The notes beneath the pieces were generated by a model. That model saw nothing but the letters and a program-made list of their open reading frames with translations, had not been told where the DNA came from and did no database searches. A program made the translations under genes and the position numbers. A stretch of DNA of 63,583 nucleotides, the filler included, from Octopus bimaculoides (Eukaryota), in assembly GCF_001194135.2 (NCBI RefSeq). It is 3 parts of 3 records of this genome, joined end to end, with 100 filler letters (N's around TTAATTAATTAA, not from the genome) between each part and the next. Parts side by side here need not be neighbours in the genome. Positions count along the whole stretch, not along the records: positions 1 to 29,996 come from NC_068994.1; positions 30,097 to 56,934 come from NC_069008.1; 1 more part is not named here. One strand, given 5' to 3'. This document shows positions 24,301 through 33,700 of this stretch, piece after piece (position 1 is the stretch's first letter; the number at the start of each line of letters is the position of its first letter).

Positions 24301-26025
24301 TGTATCAGATGAAAAGTAAGTGTGTTTTCAATATCTAACAGATATTGTAATACGTTTTGTTTATATTGTTGTCACCTCCACCACTACCATTGCCATCCTC
24401 TTTCTTCTATTTCTCCTTCATGTTACAAACTAATCTTCCCGCCTTAAAACTGCAGGCCTTGTGCCTAAATCAGAAACAGCTACTATTAGTGGTGGTGGTG
24501 GTTTCATTATTAGCGGATATTTTTCCCAACACTCCCATATGTTGAAGTATATCCTAGTTCAGGGCATATGGCATAGTGGTTAAGAGTGCAGGCTACTAAA
24601 CCCAAGATTCCAAGTTCGATTCTAGGTAGTGACCTGAATAATAATAATAATAATAATAATAGGAGAGTATTGTAGCTCACTTGAAGCATTGTGTATTGTT
24701 TGTAAAGAATGAAAAGTTTTGAATGGTACAACAATGCACTATAATATAAAAATGGACTATATACCTGTTGTAATTTAGTTATCTATAGTCCGATGATATT
24801 TCGGAATACAATTCCTTCTTCAGATATTCTTCGATGGGGTCTCTGAATATCGAAAAATACCTTAGGAATGAGAACCCAGGTTTAAAATTTCCTCAAGACA
24901 CCTAATGAAGGCTGGAGGGTATATCAGCCAAAATGTTGTGTTAACAACAAACAAGATGAGGACAAATATCTGTCTAATGTAAATAATTTATCCTAGATGT
25001 TGTTGTGTAGTTGGAGATCATTTCTGTGCAAGCAGACATGGTTCAATTCACAGATTTGGTAGCTCCTTACTTACCTACGTTTATCTAGTTAGAAATCACA
25101 CTTCGCATTCCTGCGTGCAATGGTTGTTGCTTCTGTTGAGAACCCCCAGGATGTCTTGATCAAGCAACCCTTTGGTTCACAGAAAGTCAAACGACTTGGT
25201 GTGACTCGCAGATCTACTGTTCTAGGATTACTGTATATGTGCCTCTGCACACTATATGTAGCTGTTAATTGTATGTAGTACAGTGTAATTGTTTAGGTAT
25301 GTTGTAGTCTCTCCTCTCTCCAGCTTGCTTCTGCATGTCCGTAAATTCTTGTAGTAGCCACAATGGAGATAGGCAAAGTGAACTTGATAAAAATGTGACA
25401 GCTACAGTCTCTTTGCATTTTTGAAAATGAAGGAATACATATCTCCTGATGGAGAAGCTGTCTAAGTGGATGTGGTATTAGACTACCAGCTCAAACATTC
25501 AAGAGTTTTAGTGTGTGTTTGGGAACAGAACACCTCATTCTACATTAAGTTCATGTAGCTATCTGGAATAGATAGCAACGTGGACTAAAAAGTCCCCTTG
25601 TACCTCTCAGGACTGGCGTTATATTACTATCCTATATAAGGGCAGTGAAATTTGTTCTGTTCTCCATCTCTTTAAAATCATAAGATGAGCTAATGAAAGA
25701 AGCTTCTACACGGTTGATTGACCTGCTAAAACTAGCAGCCAAGTCTCACTAATGAAAAAAAATAATGGATACTGTGGTTAACATAGTTCTGGATATACAA
25801 AAAGACTGGATTACCAGAAATGAAGAATGTTTGATGATATATTTTCTTGATTACGTGCTCTATGATTCCAACCCACTTGGAATCATATGATCTCTTTTGT
25901 AAATCTTTTTAAAAGAATATCTTCCCATTTATTTTCTCTCTTATAGTTTAGTCCAAGTTTTATTGGATGAGATTGTTTGCAGTACTGCACACCGCTGTTT
26001 GGATCCTAGCATGATGGAACCAAGT
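3117..26025 (+). CDS. VPS51: Vacuolar protein sorting-associated protein 51 homolog (GARP/EARP subunit); partial multi-exon gene, 14 visible exons, ~565 codons
   Basis: Manually spliced GT-AG exons give peptides matching VPS51 as I recall it: [98 protein letters not shown]. Exon phases chain correctly from 6566 to 26025. Confidence 0.97.
4572..4766 (+). mobile_element. SINE family A, cut by gap
   Basis: Head and 5' body match the 331-734 copy. Confidence 0.8.
6262..6355 (+). repeat. (CT)n(CA)n compound microsatellite
   Basis: Directly visible. Confidence 0.9.
6566..6689 (+). CDS. VPS51: VPS51 exon ([15 protein letters not shown]...MAPI)
   Basis: ctag acceptor; phase-0 donor gtaata chosen because it joins DVLEF in frame; donor position less certain. 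Confidence 0.8.
7928..8031 (+). CDS. VPS51: VPS51 exon ([28 protein letters not shown])
   Basis: atag / gtaagt; conserved DVLEF.DHG. Confidence 0.93.
9403..9502 (+). CDS. VPS51: VPS51 exon ([14 protein letters not shown]...RVLLE)
   Basis: ttcag / gtgagt; phase 2 in, phase 0 out. Confidence 0.9.
11139..11239 (+). CDS. VPS51: VPS51 exon ([20 protein letters not shown])
   Basis: ttcag / gtaagt; conserved [14 protein letters not shown]. Confidence 0.95.
11589..11820 (+). mobile_element. SINE family C
   Basis: Perfect 18-bp TSD agaatagctatcttctaa (11571-11588 / 11821-11838). Confidence 0.92.
12129..12208 (+). CDS. VPS51: VPS51 exon ([13 protein letters not shown])
   Basis: ttag / gtttgt; phases fit both neighbours. 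Confidence 0.9.
12479..12793 (+). mobile_element. SINE with family-B head and body but a different 3' tail
   Basis: 13-bp TSD acatcttatagca (12466-12478 / 12794-12806). Confidence 0.85.
12990..13132 (+). CDS. VPS51: VPS51 exon ([13 protein letters not shown]...LANLQ)
   Basis: ttcag / gtatgc; conserved CLTDVRQ.LAAP. Confidence 0.94.
14636..14758 (+). CDS. VPS51: VPS51 exon ([24 protein letters not shown])
   Basis: tacag / gtgagt; conserved KPYFRG.FC. Confidence 0.94.
15972..16076 (+). CDS. VPS51: VPS51 exon ([24 protein letters not shown])
   Basis: ttcag / gtgagt; conserved PP.LLL.LSRLC. Confidence 0.94.
17006..17146 (+). CDS. VPS51: VPS51 exon (VVLTEEQLL...[15 protein letters not shown])
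   Basis: aacag / gtacat; conserved HYV..QGL.ISQ. Confidence 0.94.
18515..18778 (+). mobile_element. SINE family D: tRNA head + (AAT)n + tail with hammerhead-like motif
   Basis: Same composite at 24561, 56229 (-) and 56508. Confidence 0.8.
18651..18696 (+). ncRNA. Minimal type-I hammerhead ribozyme-like motif (Penelope type); this copy has a helix-III substitution
   Basis: GACAC CTGATGA A GGCTG-gaaggtatat-CAGCC GAAA AG TT GTGTC: helix I 5 bp, helix II 5 bp, core intact. Confidence 0.6.
19369..19598 (+). CDS. VPS51: VPS51 exon ([30 protein letters not shown]...)
   Basis: gaag / gtaaat; near-identical to the most conserved VPS51 block. Confidence 0.97.
19742..20018. mobile_element. hAT (Charlie-like) MITE
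   Basis: 15-bp TIR CAGGGGTTTTCAAAC; perfect 8-bp TSD cattagac. Confidence 0.9.
20290..20520 (-). mobile_element. RTE-like LINE 3' remnant
   Basis: [27 protein letters not shown] resembles the RTE C-terminus. Confidence 0.55.
22545..22665 (+). CDS. VPS51: VPS51 exon ([25 protein letters not shown]...IIKISLK)
   Basis: poly-T tract, ccag / gtaagt. Confidence 0.96.
22834..23216 (+). mobile_element. tRNA-derived SINE, family B, (CAA)n tail
   Basis: Head tggcccagtggttag...gtttc(g/a)attccc; 13-bp TSD tcttttgct(a/g)cag. Confidence 0.9.
24203..24315 (+). CDS. VPS51: VPS51 exon ([31 protein letters not shown])
   Basis: poly-T tract, caag / gtaagt. Confidence 0.96.
24561..24988 (+). mobile_element. 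SINE family D interrupted by a ~190-bp insert
   Basis: Head and (AAT)n to ~24660; tail resumes at ~24850. Confidence 0.78.
25947..26025 (+). CDS. VPS51: VPS51 penultimate exon ([26 protein letters not shown])
   Basis: atag / gtaagt; corresponds to human [22 protein letters not shown]; the terminal ~9 codons were not found. Confidence 0.93.
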
Positions 26026-26284
26026 GTAAGTGTTTTGTTTTTTTCCTTTGCATATTCTTCTTTTCCCTTGCATCATCACTATTACCTTCATAATCATTGT
26101 TTGGTTCCATGATTTTGAGGTAAAAACCAGGCATAAGCTACCTTTTTTGAGAAGTGGGCCACATAGGACATAGTTCGTCATCAGGTGGGCCACACTACTA
26201 AAAATATTCCAAGGTAAACGTTATTTTCATCATGGAATTTTGAGATGGTGAATTGACAGTTGTTACGGCATCAGATAGAATGCA

Positions 26285-26530
26285 TTGTGCTAGTGCCATG
26301 TAAAAAGCACTGCTGCCGATGCCACATACAAGCTCATGCTGGTGCCACATCAAAAGTATCCAGCACACGCTGTAAAGTGGTTAGTGTTAGGAAGGGCATC
26401 CAGCAGTAGAAACCAAGCCAAACTAGACTGAAACTTGTGCAGCTCTCTGGCTCACCAGATCTGATCAAGCCATCCAACCCATGCCAGCATGGAAAACGAA
26501 TGTTAAAGGATGATGATGATGATGATGATT
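26285..26530 (+). mobile_element. SINE/LINE-tail family E ending in (GAT)n
   Basis: ttaggaagggcatccagc...ccatgccagcatggaaa...gatgatgat; reverse copies at ~8905, 15308, 15668, 17516, 17833, 21120, 47647. Confidence 0.7.
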
Positions 26531-27555
26531 GCAGTTGTTTACATTCTGAGTTCAAATACCACCAAGGTCAGCTCAGCATTTTATCCATTTGGGGTTGATA
26601 AATAAAGTACTAGTCTCAGATGGTGGATTGGCTGAGTTGTTTGAGCATTGGACAAGATGTTCTTTATATTCTGAGTTCAAATCCCACCAAAGTCAACGTA
26701 GGTTATTCTTTCAGGGTTGATAAGTAAAGTCCCATTCCAAGGTGGGAGATTGGCAGAGTTGTTAGAACATTCAGCAAAAAAGTTCCGCATTTTCTGAGTT
26801 CAAACTCTGCCTAGGTGTTGATGGTTAGTGCTATTTGCTTGATCAATCCACATAGATAAGCCAGCAACAGCATTCAGAGACTTCATTCAGCAGTGGATGT
26901 AAGAATGACTGAGGGAAATATTCTGTGTTCATATCTCACCAAAATTGACCTTACCATTTCTTCCTTCCATGGTTAATACTGTAAGCACCAAACAACTACT
27001 GAGGTAGGTTAAGGCACTTGATTATGTCCAGGAATTTGCAGCTCATTAGTAGGAGCTCAGTTATAGTGATACTGGCAAGGAATGGATTTTTAGATTTGCT
27101 TATATCCACTGCGTTTTGTAGCAGAAACGGCTGTAAGCCAATGAAAGCACATAAGATAATCTTTTATTCCTTTGTCATCTTTCTTTCTTAAGGTTACTTC
27201 ATATTAGATATTTTTGGTTTCAAATTTTGGCACAAGGCCAGCAATTGCTGGAGAGTGTGCTAGCTGATTACATTGACCCCAGTGTGAAACTGGTACTTAT
27301 TTTTATTTACCCTGAAAGGATGAAAAGTCAACTTTGGCAACATTTGAAACCAGAACATACAGTCAAAAGAAATGCCTATAAGTATTTTTCTGTTGTGGTA
27401 ACGATTCTGCACCTCACCACCCTAATCTATTAAATATTATTATAAACTAGCTGGCCCCTGTGCCATCAAAAATGACAGCTAATTGTAGTATTTTATATAT
27501 AAATATGGATGGTAAATCAAATTAATACATTTGTCAATGTTATATAATGGTTGTC

Positions 27556-27917
27556 GTGGAGGCGCGATGGCCCAGCAGTTAGGGCAGCGGACTTGCTCTC
27601 ATAGGATCGCAGTTTCGATTCCCAGACCGGGTGTTGTGAGTGTTTATTGAGCGAAAACCTCTAAAGCTCCACGAGACTCCGGCAGGGGATGGTGGCGAAC
27701 CCTGCTGTACTCTTTCACCACAACTTTCTCTCACTCTTACTTCCTGTTTCTGTTCTGCCTGTAATTCACTGTGTCATGCTGAATATCCCCGAGAACTACA
27801 TTAAGGGTACACGCGTCTGTGGAGTGCTCAGCCACTTGCACGTTAATTTCACGAGCAGGCTGTTCCGTTGATCGGATCAACTGGAACCCTCGACGTCATA
27901 AGCGACGGAGTGCCAAC
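27556..27917 (+). mobile_element. SINE family B
   Basis: 10-bp TSD aatggttgtc (27546-27555 / 27918-27927). Confidence 0.9.
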
Positions 27918-27994
27918 AATGGTTGTCTTTTGAGATGTGACATCGATCATCGTTTGTTACTGAAAGAACGCTGAATCATACTTTTCTTGTACAC

Positions 27995-28097
27995 GTACAC
28001 ACATACACACACATACACACACATACACACACATACACACACATACACACACATACACACACATACACACACATACACACACATACACACACATACA

Positions 28098-28129
<32 letters not shown>

Positions 28130-28180
28130 TACACACACATACACACACATACACACACATACACACACATACACACATAT
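27995..28180 (+). repeat. (CACACATACA)n compound microsatellite
   Basis: 10-bp period visible. Confidence 0.9.
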
Positions 28181-28670
28181 ATACTCAGAGTTGAAACGCT
28201 GTTTGATTTTTCTTTTCAGTGTTGAATGTTCACCATCCCACTTCTATTACACACACACACACACACCACACACACATTCACATATCTCCCTTTTTCATAC
28301 ACACACACACACATACACACACATACACAGAGTTGAAATGCTCCCACTACCAGTTTGCCATCACCTCTTCCTTCCTTATCCATCTATCACCCCTTCCTTT
28401 CTCATTCATATGTTGTGACGGAGAAAACCACGAGTAGATGATCATAATAGTAGTATCTTCTAACATAGGCACAAGACTACAAATTTCAGGACTGAGTGAG
28501 ATCAGTTTACTAAATCAGTTCCAGTATTTGACTGGTACTTTATTTTATTCAACTCAGAGGGATGAAAGGCAAAGCTGGCCTCTGTGGGATTTGAACTCGG
28601 TACTTAATGCATTAGAACAAATGCTACAAGGTATTATATCTAACACTTGTTCAGGTCCACAGAATTTGAA

Positions 28671-28905
28671 GATGGCGGAAAGCTGGTAGAAACGTTAGCA
28701 CGCCGGGCAAAATGCTTAGCGGTATTTCGTCTGCCGTTACGTTCTGGGTTCAAATTCTGCCGAGGTCGACTTTGCTTTTCATCCTTTCGGGGTCGATAAA
28801 TTAAGTACCAGTTACGCACTGGGGTCGATGTAATCGACTTAATCTCTCTGCCTGTCCTTGTTTGTCCCCTCTATGTTTAGCCCCTTGTGGGCAATAGAAA
28901 AATAA
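28671..28905 (+). mobile_element. SINE family C
   Basis: High identity to the 11589 copy; aatttgaag on both flanks. Confidence 0.87.
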
Positions 28906-29247
28906 AAATTTGAAGTGAGGGGCATGATTGATTAAATCAGCTTCCAGTCCTTGACTAGTATTTATTTACTTGACCCAGGTGGAACGTTAGACAAAAATGG
29001 TTCTCTGTAGGATTTGAACTTAAATTGTAAAAGAATGCAACTAAATGACACAATTCCATTGACAGCTGAAAATAACTGTTTCTAATTTAGGCATAAGGCC
29101 AGTGATTTTGTGGGGAGGGAATTAGTGAATGCTACCAACCCCAGAGAGACGAAAGGCAATGTTGACTGTAGCCTGATTTGAACTCAGAATGTAAAGATTT
29201 GGAACAAAATACTGCAAGGCATGTTATCTGATGCTGTAAAACTTTCT

Positions 29248-29482
29248 TATTTTTCTATTGCCCACAAGGGGCTAAACATAGAGGGGACAAACAAGGACAG
29301 GCAAAGGGATTAAATCGATTCCATTGACCCCAGTGCATAACTGGTACTTAATCTATCGACCCCCCCGAAAGGATGAAAGGCAAAGTCGACCTCGGCGGAA
29401 TTTGAACTCAGAACGTAACAGCAGACGAAATACTGCTAAGCATTTCATTCGGCACGCTAATGTTTCTGCCAGCTCGCCGCCT
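29248..29482 (-). mobile_element. SINE family C
   Basis: 16-bp TSD tgctgtaa(a/t)actttct. Confidence 0.88.
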
Positions 29483-29721
29483 TGCTGTAATACTTTCTGC
29501 CACTCTAACACCCCTTGGCAGCCAATAATGGTCATATCTATATATATAGTTAAATGGACTTAACGGATTCAGACATCTCTAGCCGACACCCTATTGCTTT
29601 GGCCAGCTGTGACTTTGTCTGCTTTAATTCGATATTATTATTATTTCAGTGTGGCAGTTGGTTGGAGCATTGACGTCATTCTGTCAGACATAGAATCACA
29701 CATCTGTTACTACTTTCCACA

Positions 29722-29769
<48 letters not shown>

Positions 29770-29996
29770 ATTTTCTCTCCCTTCCTTTCTCATTCACATG
29801 GGTTATTATTTTTTTTTTTAAATGCATGTGTGTGGATATATGTATTACCATGTGTGTGTGTGTGTGATGCATTGAGTTGAGTGGACAATTGGTCTGGCTC
29901 CGGTGTGCACCTACAAACTTCAGCAGTGTAGAATAAATACTAAAGCTGCAACAAAGCAGGTGGTTCGTGGGGGTGGGGTGGAGTGAGGTGTGTGGG

Positions 29997-30096
29997 NNNN
30001 NNNNNNNNNNNNNNNNNNNNNNNNNNNNNNNNNNNNNNNNTTAATTAATTAANNNNNNNNNNNNNNNNNNNNNNNNNNNNNNNNNNNNNNNNNNNN
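29997..30096. other. Synthetic scaffolding spacer (44 N + TTAATTAATTAA + 44 N)
   Basis: Exactly 100 bp; stop codons in all six frames; identical to 56935-57034. Confidence 0.93.
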
Positions 30097-30370
30097 TATA
30101 TACATAAATATGTATGTATATATGTATGTGTGTGTGTGTGTGTATATATATATATTTATATATACACACACATATATATGTACATATATACACGCATACA
30201 TATATGGGAAAAGGTGAAGGTTGGTGGCAAGAACATCCTTGGACTGTAGAAAACTTTCCACAGAAATAGTGCTGCACATATTTACAAGTATGCATATATA
30301 CATACCTACGTACATACAAACAGACACACACACATATCCTTTAGTTCTAACCTTATCTCATATATATCTG

Positions 30371-30402
<32 letters not shown>

Positions 30403-30458
30403 CAGCTATAATATCTCGTCTCATATGTAACTCTCCTCTCACCTTCTTTTTCTTGCAG

Positions 30459-30713
30459 TTTCCGGTCAAAACCTTTTTAAAGGCATGGGAGTCACATGTG
30501 TTCTGAAGGCAGCCAAAAAAGAATACTCTGTCATTGGACGGATTAGCAAATTTCCCAAGAAGATTGGTTTCAAATACTCTCCTTCCATACTTGTGAAAGA
30601 AAATAACATAGTCAAACTTGATGCACAATCGGAATTGAACTATGACGGAAAGAGCAAAGTAGTGGGGATGTTTAAGCTTGATAAAATCCTTGCAAATCCG
30701 ATTCATACCTCTT
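30459..30713 (+). CDS. LLTP exon (SGQNLFKGMGVTCVLK...NPIHTS)
   Basis: Pyrimidine tract, gcag / gtaagt; internal exon, phase 1 at both ends. Confidence 0.85.
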
Positions 30714-33700
30714 GTAAGTAATTCATGGGTATTCCGGGTAGATAGAACTTTAGATTTTCAGGTGTTGGGTAGATTTGTAGGTAAATTTTCTTGCACTGAG
30801 TGGGTGCCACACAATTTCCCTACATCAATTTGTTTTGAAATAAGAAAAGCGTCCAAACAATACTAATACTCTTTATTGTTTATGTACAATGTGTACAAGT
30901 TAGTCAATCTTCAACAGAACGTTACGCACACAACATTCTTCCGTTTGGCACAAACCCTGGTACATTCAAAATAGACTTCTATCACGAACATATAACAAAT
31001 GTTCATTAGGACAGTCAACAACAATTGAAATATATATCTTGAAACATCTCGAATTTATGAATTGACAACCAAAACCAGCAAAACTAGAGTTGATCAAACA
31101 CCTGTGAGAATCAATCTCACAGAAACTCCAGCAGCAAACGGAGCTGGTCAAATCCCATGCGTCTGGGACAAGAGCATAGGCGAACTCTAGTAAAAACACG
31201 TCTGCACGGTTCAGTGGCTGCATCTTAAGTCCCAGATGCTAGCGAGGAATGCGATGAAATTTTTTCCTGCCAGTTTTCAGCACATGCTCTTGAGGGAACT
31301 TCTGTAGGCCTTCCAGAAGATTCCGACCCGCGCATGCCTGCTGAAAACTCTCAAAAATGACTTCACTACAGATTTTACAGGTATCTGGATAGATGGGAAA
31401 CTGGCTTTTCGTAGAATATTATATTTCTTCTTAACTTTCTTTTTGTATGCATTCATCTTTTAGAGATGCTTTCTTTGTTCACTTTAAATTCAGCCCGTTT
31501 TGGATTGCCTTGGTAACGTTTTGTTAGCATATATTTTCAGATATATTAATTTGACTGCTATCTTATACCTTTACGTGTCTCTAACGATGCAGGTACAATA
31601 GAAACAATCATCAATAATGGATGTATTAAGGCAGTGAGATGGCAGAAACGTTAGCACACCAGGCAAAATGCTTGGCGGTATTTCATCTGACACTACGTTC
31701 TGAGTTCAAATTCCGCCGAGGTCAACTTTGCTTTTCATCCTTTTGGGATCGATAAAATAAGTACCAGTTACACACTTGGGTTGATATAATCGGCTTAATC
31801 CATTTGTCTGTCCTTGTTTGTCCCCTCTGTGTTTAGTCCCTTGTGGGCAGTAAAGAAATAAGAAACGTCAGCACACCGGGCGAAATGCTTAGCGGTATTT
31901 CGTCTGTCTTTACGTTCTGAGTTCAAATTCCGCCGAGGTCGACTTTGCCTTTCATCCTTTCAGGGTGGATAAATTAAGTACTAGTTGCGTACTGGGGTCG
32001 ATCTAATCGACTATCGCCCTCCCTAAAAATTTCAGGCCTTGTGCCTACAGTAGAAAAGAATAATGGATACTCTTTACTCTTTTACTCTTTTACTTGTTTC
32101 AGTCATTTGACTGCGGCTATGCTGGAGCACCGCCTTTAGTCGAGAAAATCGACCCCAGGACTTATTCTTTGTAAGCTTAGTATTTATTCTATCGGACTCT
32201 TTTGCCGAATTGCTAAGTTACGGGGACGTAAACACACCAGCATTGATTGTCAAGCAATGTTGGGGGGACAAACACTAACACACACATATATATATATATA
32301 TATATANNNNNNNNNNGAATCATGTGGTTGGTAAGCAAGCTACTTACCACACAGCCACTCCTCATCAATTAAAGATGAGATTTTCTTTGTTCTTATTCTT
32401 GTTATTCTCTGAATTTTTTGAAATTCTTCTAAGTGCTATTTGGATTTACTTGTCATACATGAAGAATTACCTTGGATGTTAATTCTATTTGAATTTATTA
32501 GTAACCAATTGTTTGATACAGTCAACCAAATTCATTTAACATGTTCCTGTGTTGGTAATTATACCTGTCCTAAACAAAATGGCATTACTTTTTGACTCGC
32601 CCTCTTATTAATATATTTGTGATTGACTGACTTATACTCTACTCTCCATCTTTGTATCAATTTCTTCTTCTTCCTCTCTTCACACACCATACAGTTATAG
32701 CAGCTCTAAACACTGGCAAAAACAAGAACAAACAACTCTTCAAATTGACTGCAAAAACGAAATGCATCATCTCCAAGATTAACATTGAGGTTGAAAAAAG
32801 AAATGCTGGTATATTGAGCCGTATGCTTGTGTCTTATGCATCTCCGTCCTGTAAACCCAAATGGAGTGAACAATTTCTTCTCACCACAAAGGCACGAGTT
32901 GTCAAAAGCAAAAATGCTAAAATCTACTATGGAAGTGCGTAAGTAACCATTTCTTGCTATCTACCTGTCTATTTATCGATCTATGAAACAAAGCTGGCCT
33001 CAGTGTTAGTTCAAATGAGAATGTAAAGAGATGGAAGAAATACCGCAAGACATTTTGTCCACTGCTCTAAACTCTGCCAACTTGTCACTTTTATGTAATA
33101 ATAATAATAATAGTTCTTTCTGCTAAAAGCACAAGGCTTGAAATCTGGGGGAGGGGAGAAATTGATTACATGGACCCCAGTGTTTCACTGGTACTTAATT
33201 TATCGACCCCGAGGGGATGAAAGGCAAAGTCAGCTTCAGTGGGATTTGAACTCAGAATGTGAAGATGGACGAAACACCACTAGGCATTTTGCCCGGCATG
33301 CTAATGATTCTGACTATTCTCCACCATGATAATAATAATGGGTTCAAATTTTGGCACAAGACCTGCAAGTTCAGGGCAAGGTGGGTAAGTCAATTACATC
33401 AGCCCCAGCGTTGAACTGGTACTTATTTAATCGACCCCCCCCCCCACCAAAAGGATGGCAGGCAAAGGACCTCAGTGGAATTTGAACTCAGAACATAACG
33501 GCAGATGAAATATCACAAAGCATTTCTCCCAGCATACTAACAATTCTGCCTGCTCGTTAATAATACTAATGGTGAGGATATTGTTGTTATTAATGTTATT
33601 ATTATATTTATTATTATTATTATTATTATTATTNNNNNNNNNNNNNNNNNNNNNNNNNNNNNNNNNNNNNNNNNNNNNNNNNNNNNNNNNNNNNNNNNNN

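Noticed and set aside
26026-26172. Read-through of the last VPS51 exon gives a hydrophobic, TM-like tail
   Set aside because: It starts at a perfect gtaagt donor, T-rich intron sequence routinely translates as hydrophobic, and VPS51 is a soluble tether subunit.
27947-28418. His/Thr-, Cys/Val- and Ile/Tyr-repeat ORFs (also 60658-61012, 61510-62138)
   Set aside because: Translations of (CA)n, (TG)n and (TA)n microsatellites; only the signal-peptide part of 61538-62032 is a real exon.
28395-28437. ICCDGENHE* as the missing VPS51 terminal exon
   Set aside because: There is no acceptor in the right phase and only a superficial match to VICERG.
30041-30052. TTAATTAATTAA as a biological motif
   Set aside because: It is centred in exactly 44+44 N twice; an assembly linker.
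25947-30713. Possible VPS51-LLTP fusion or operon-like arrangement
   Set aside because: A synthetic spacer lies between them, and the exon phases (0 out, 1 in) are incompatible.
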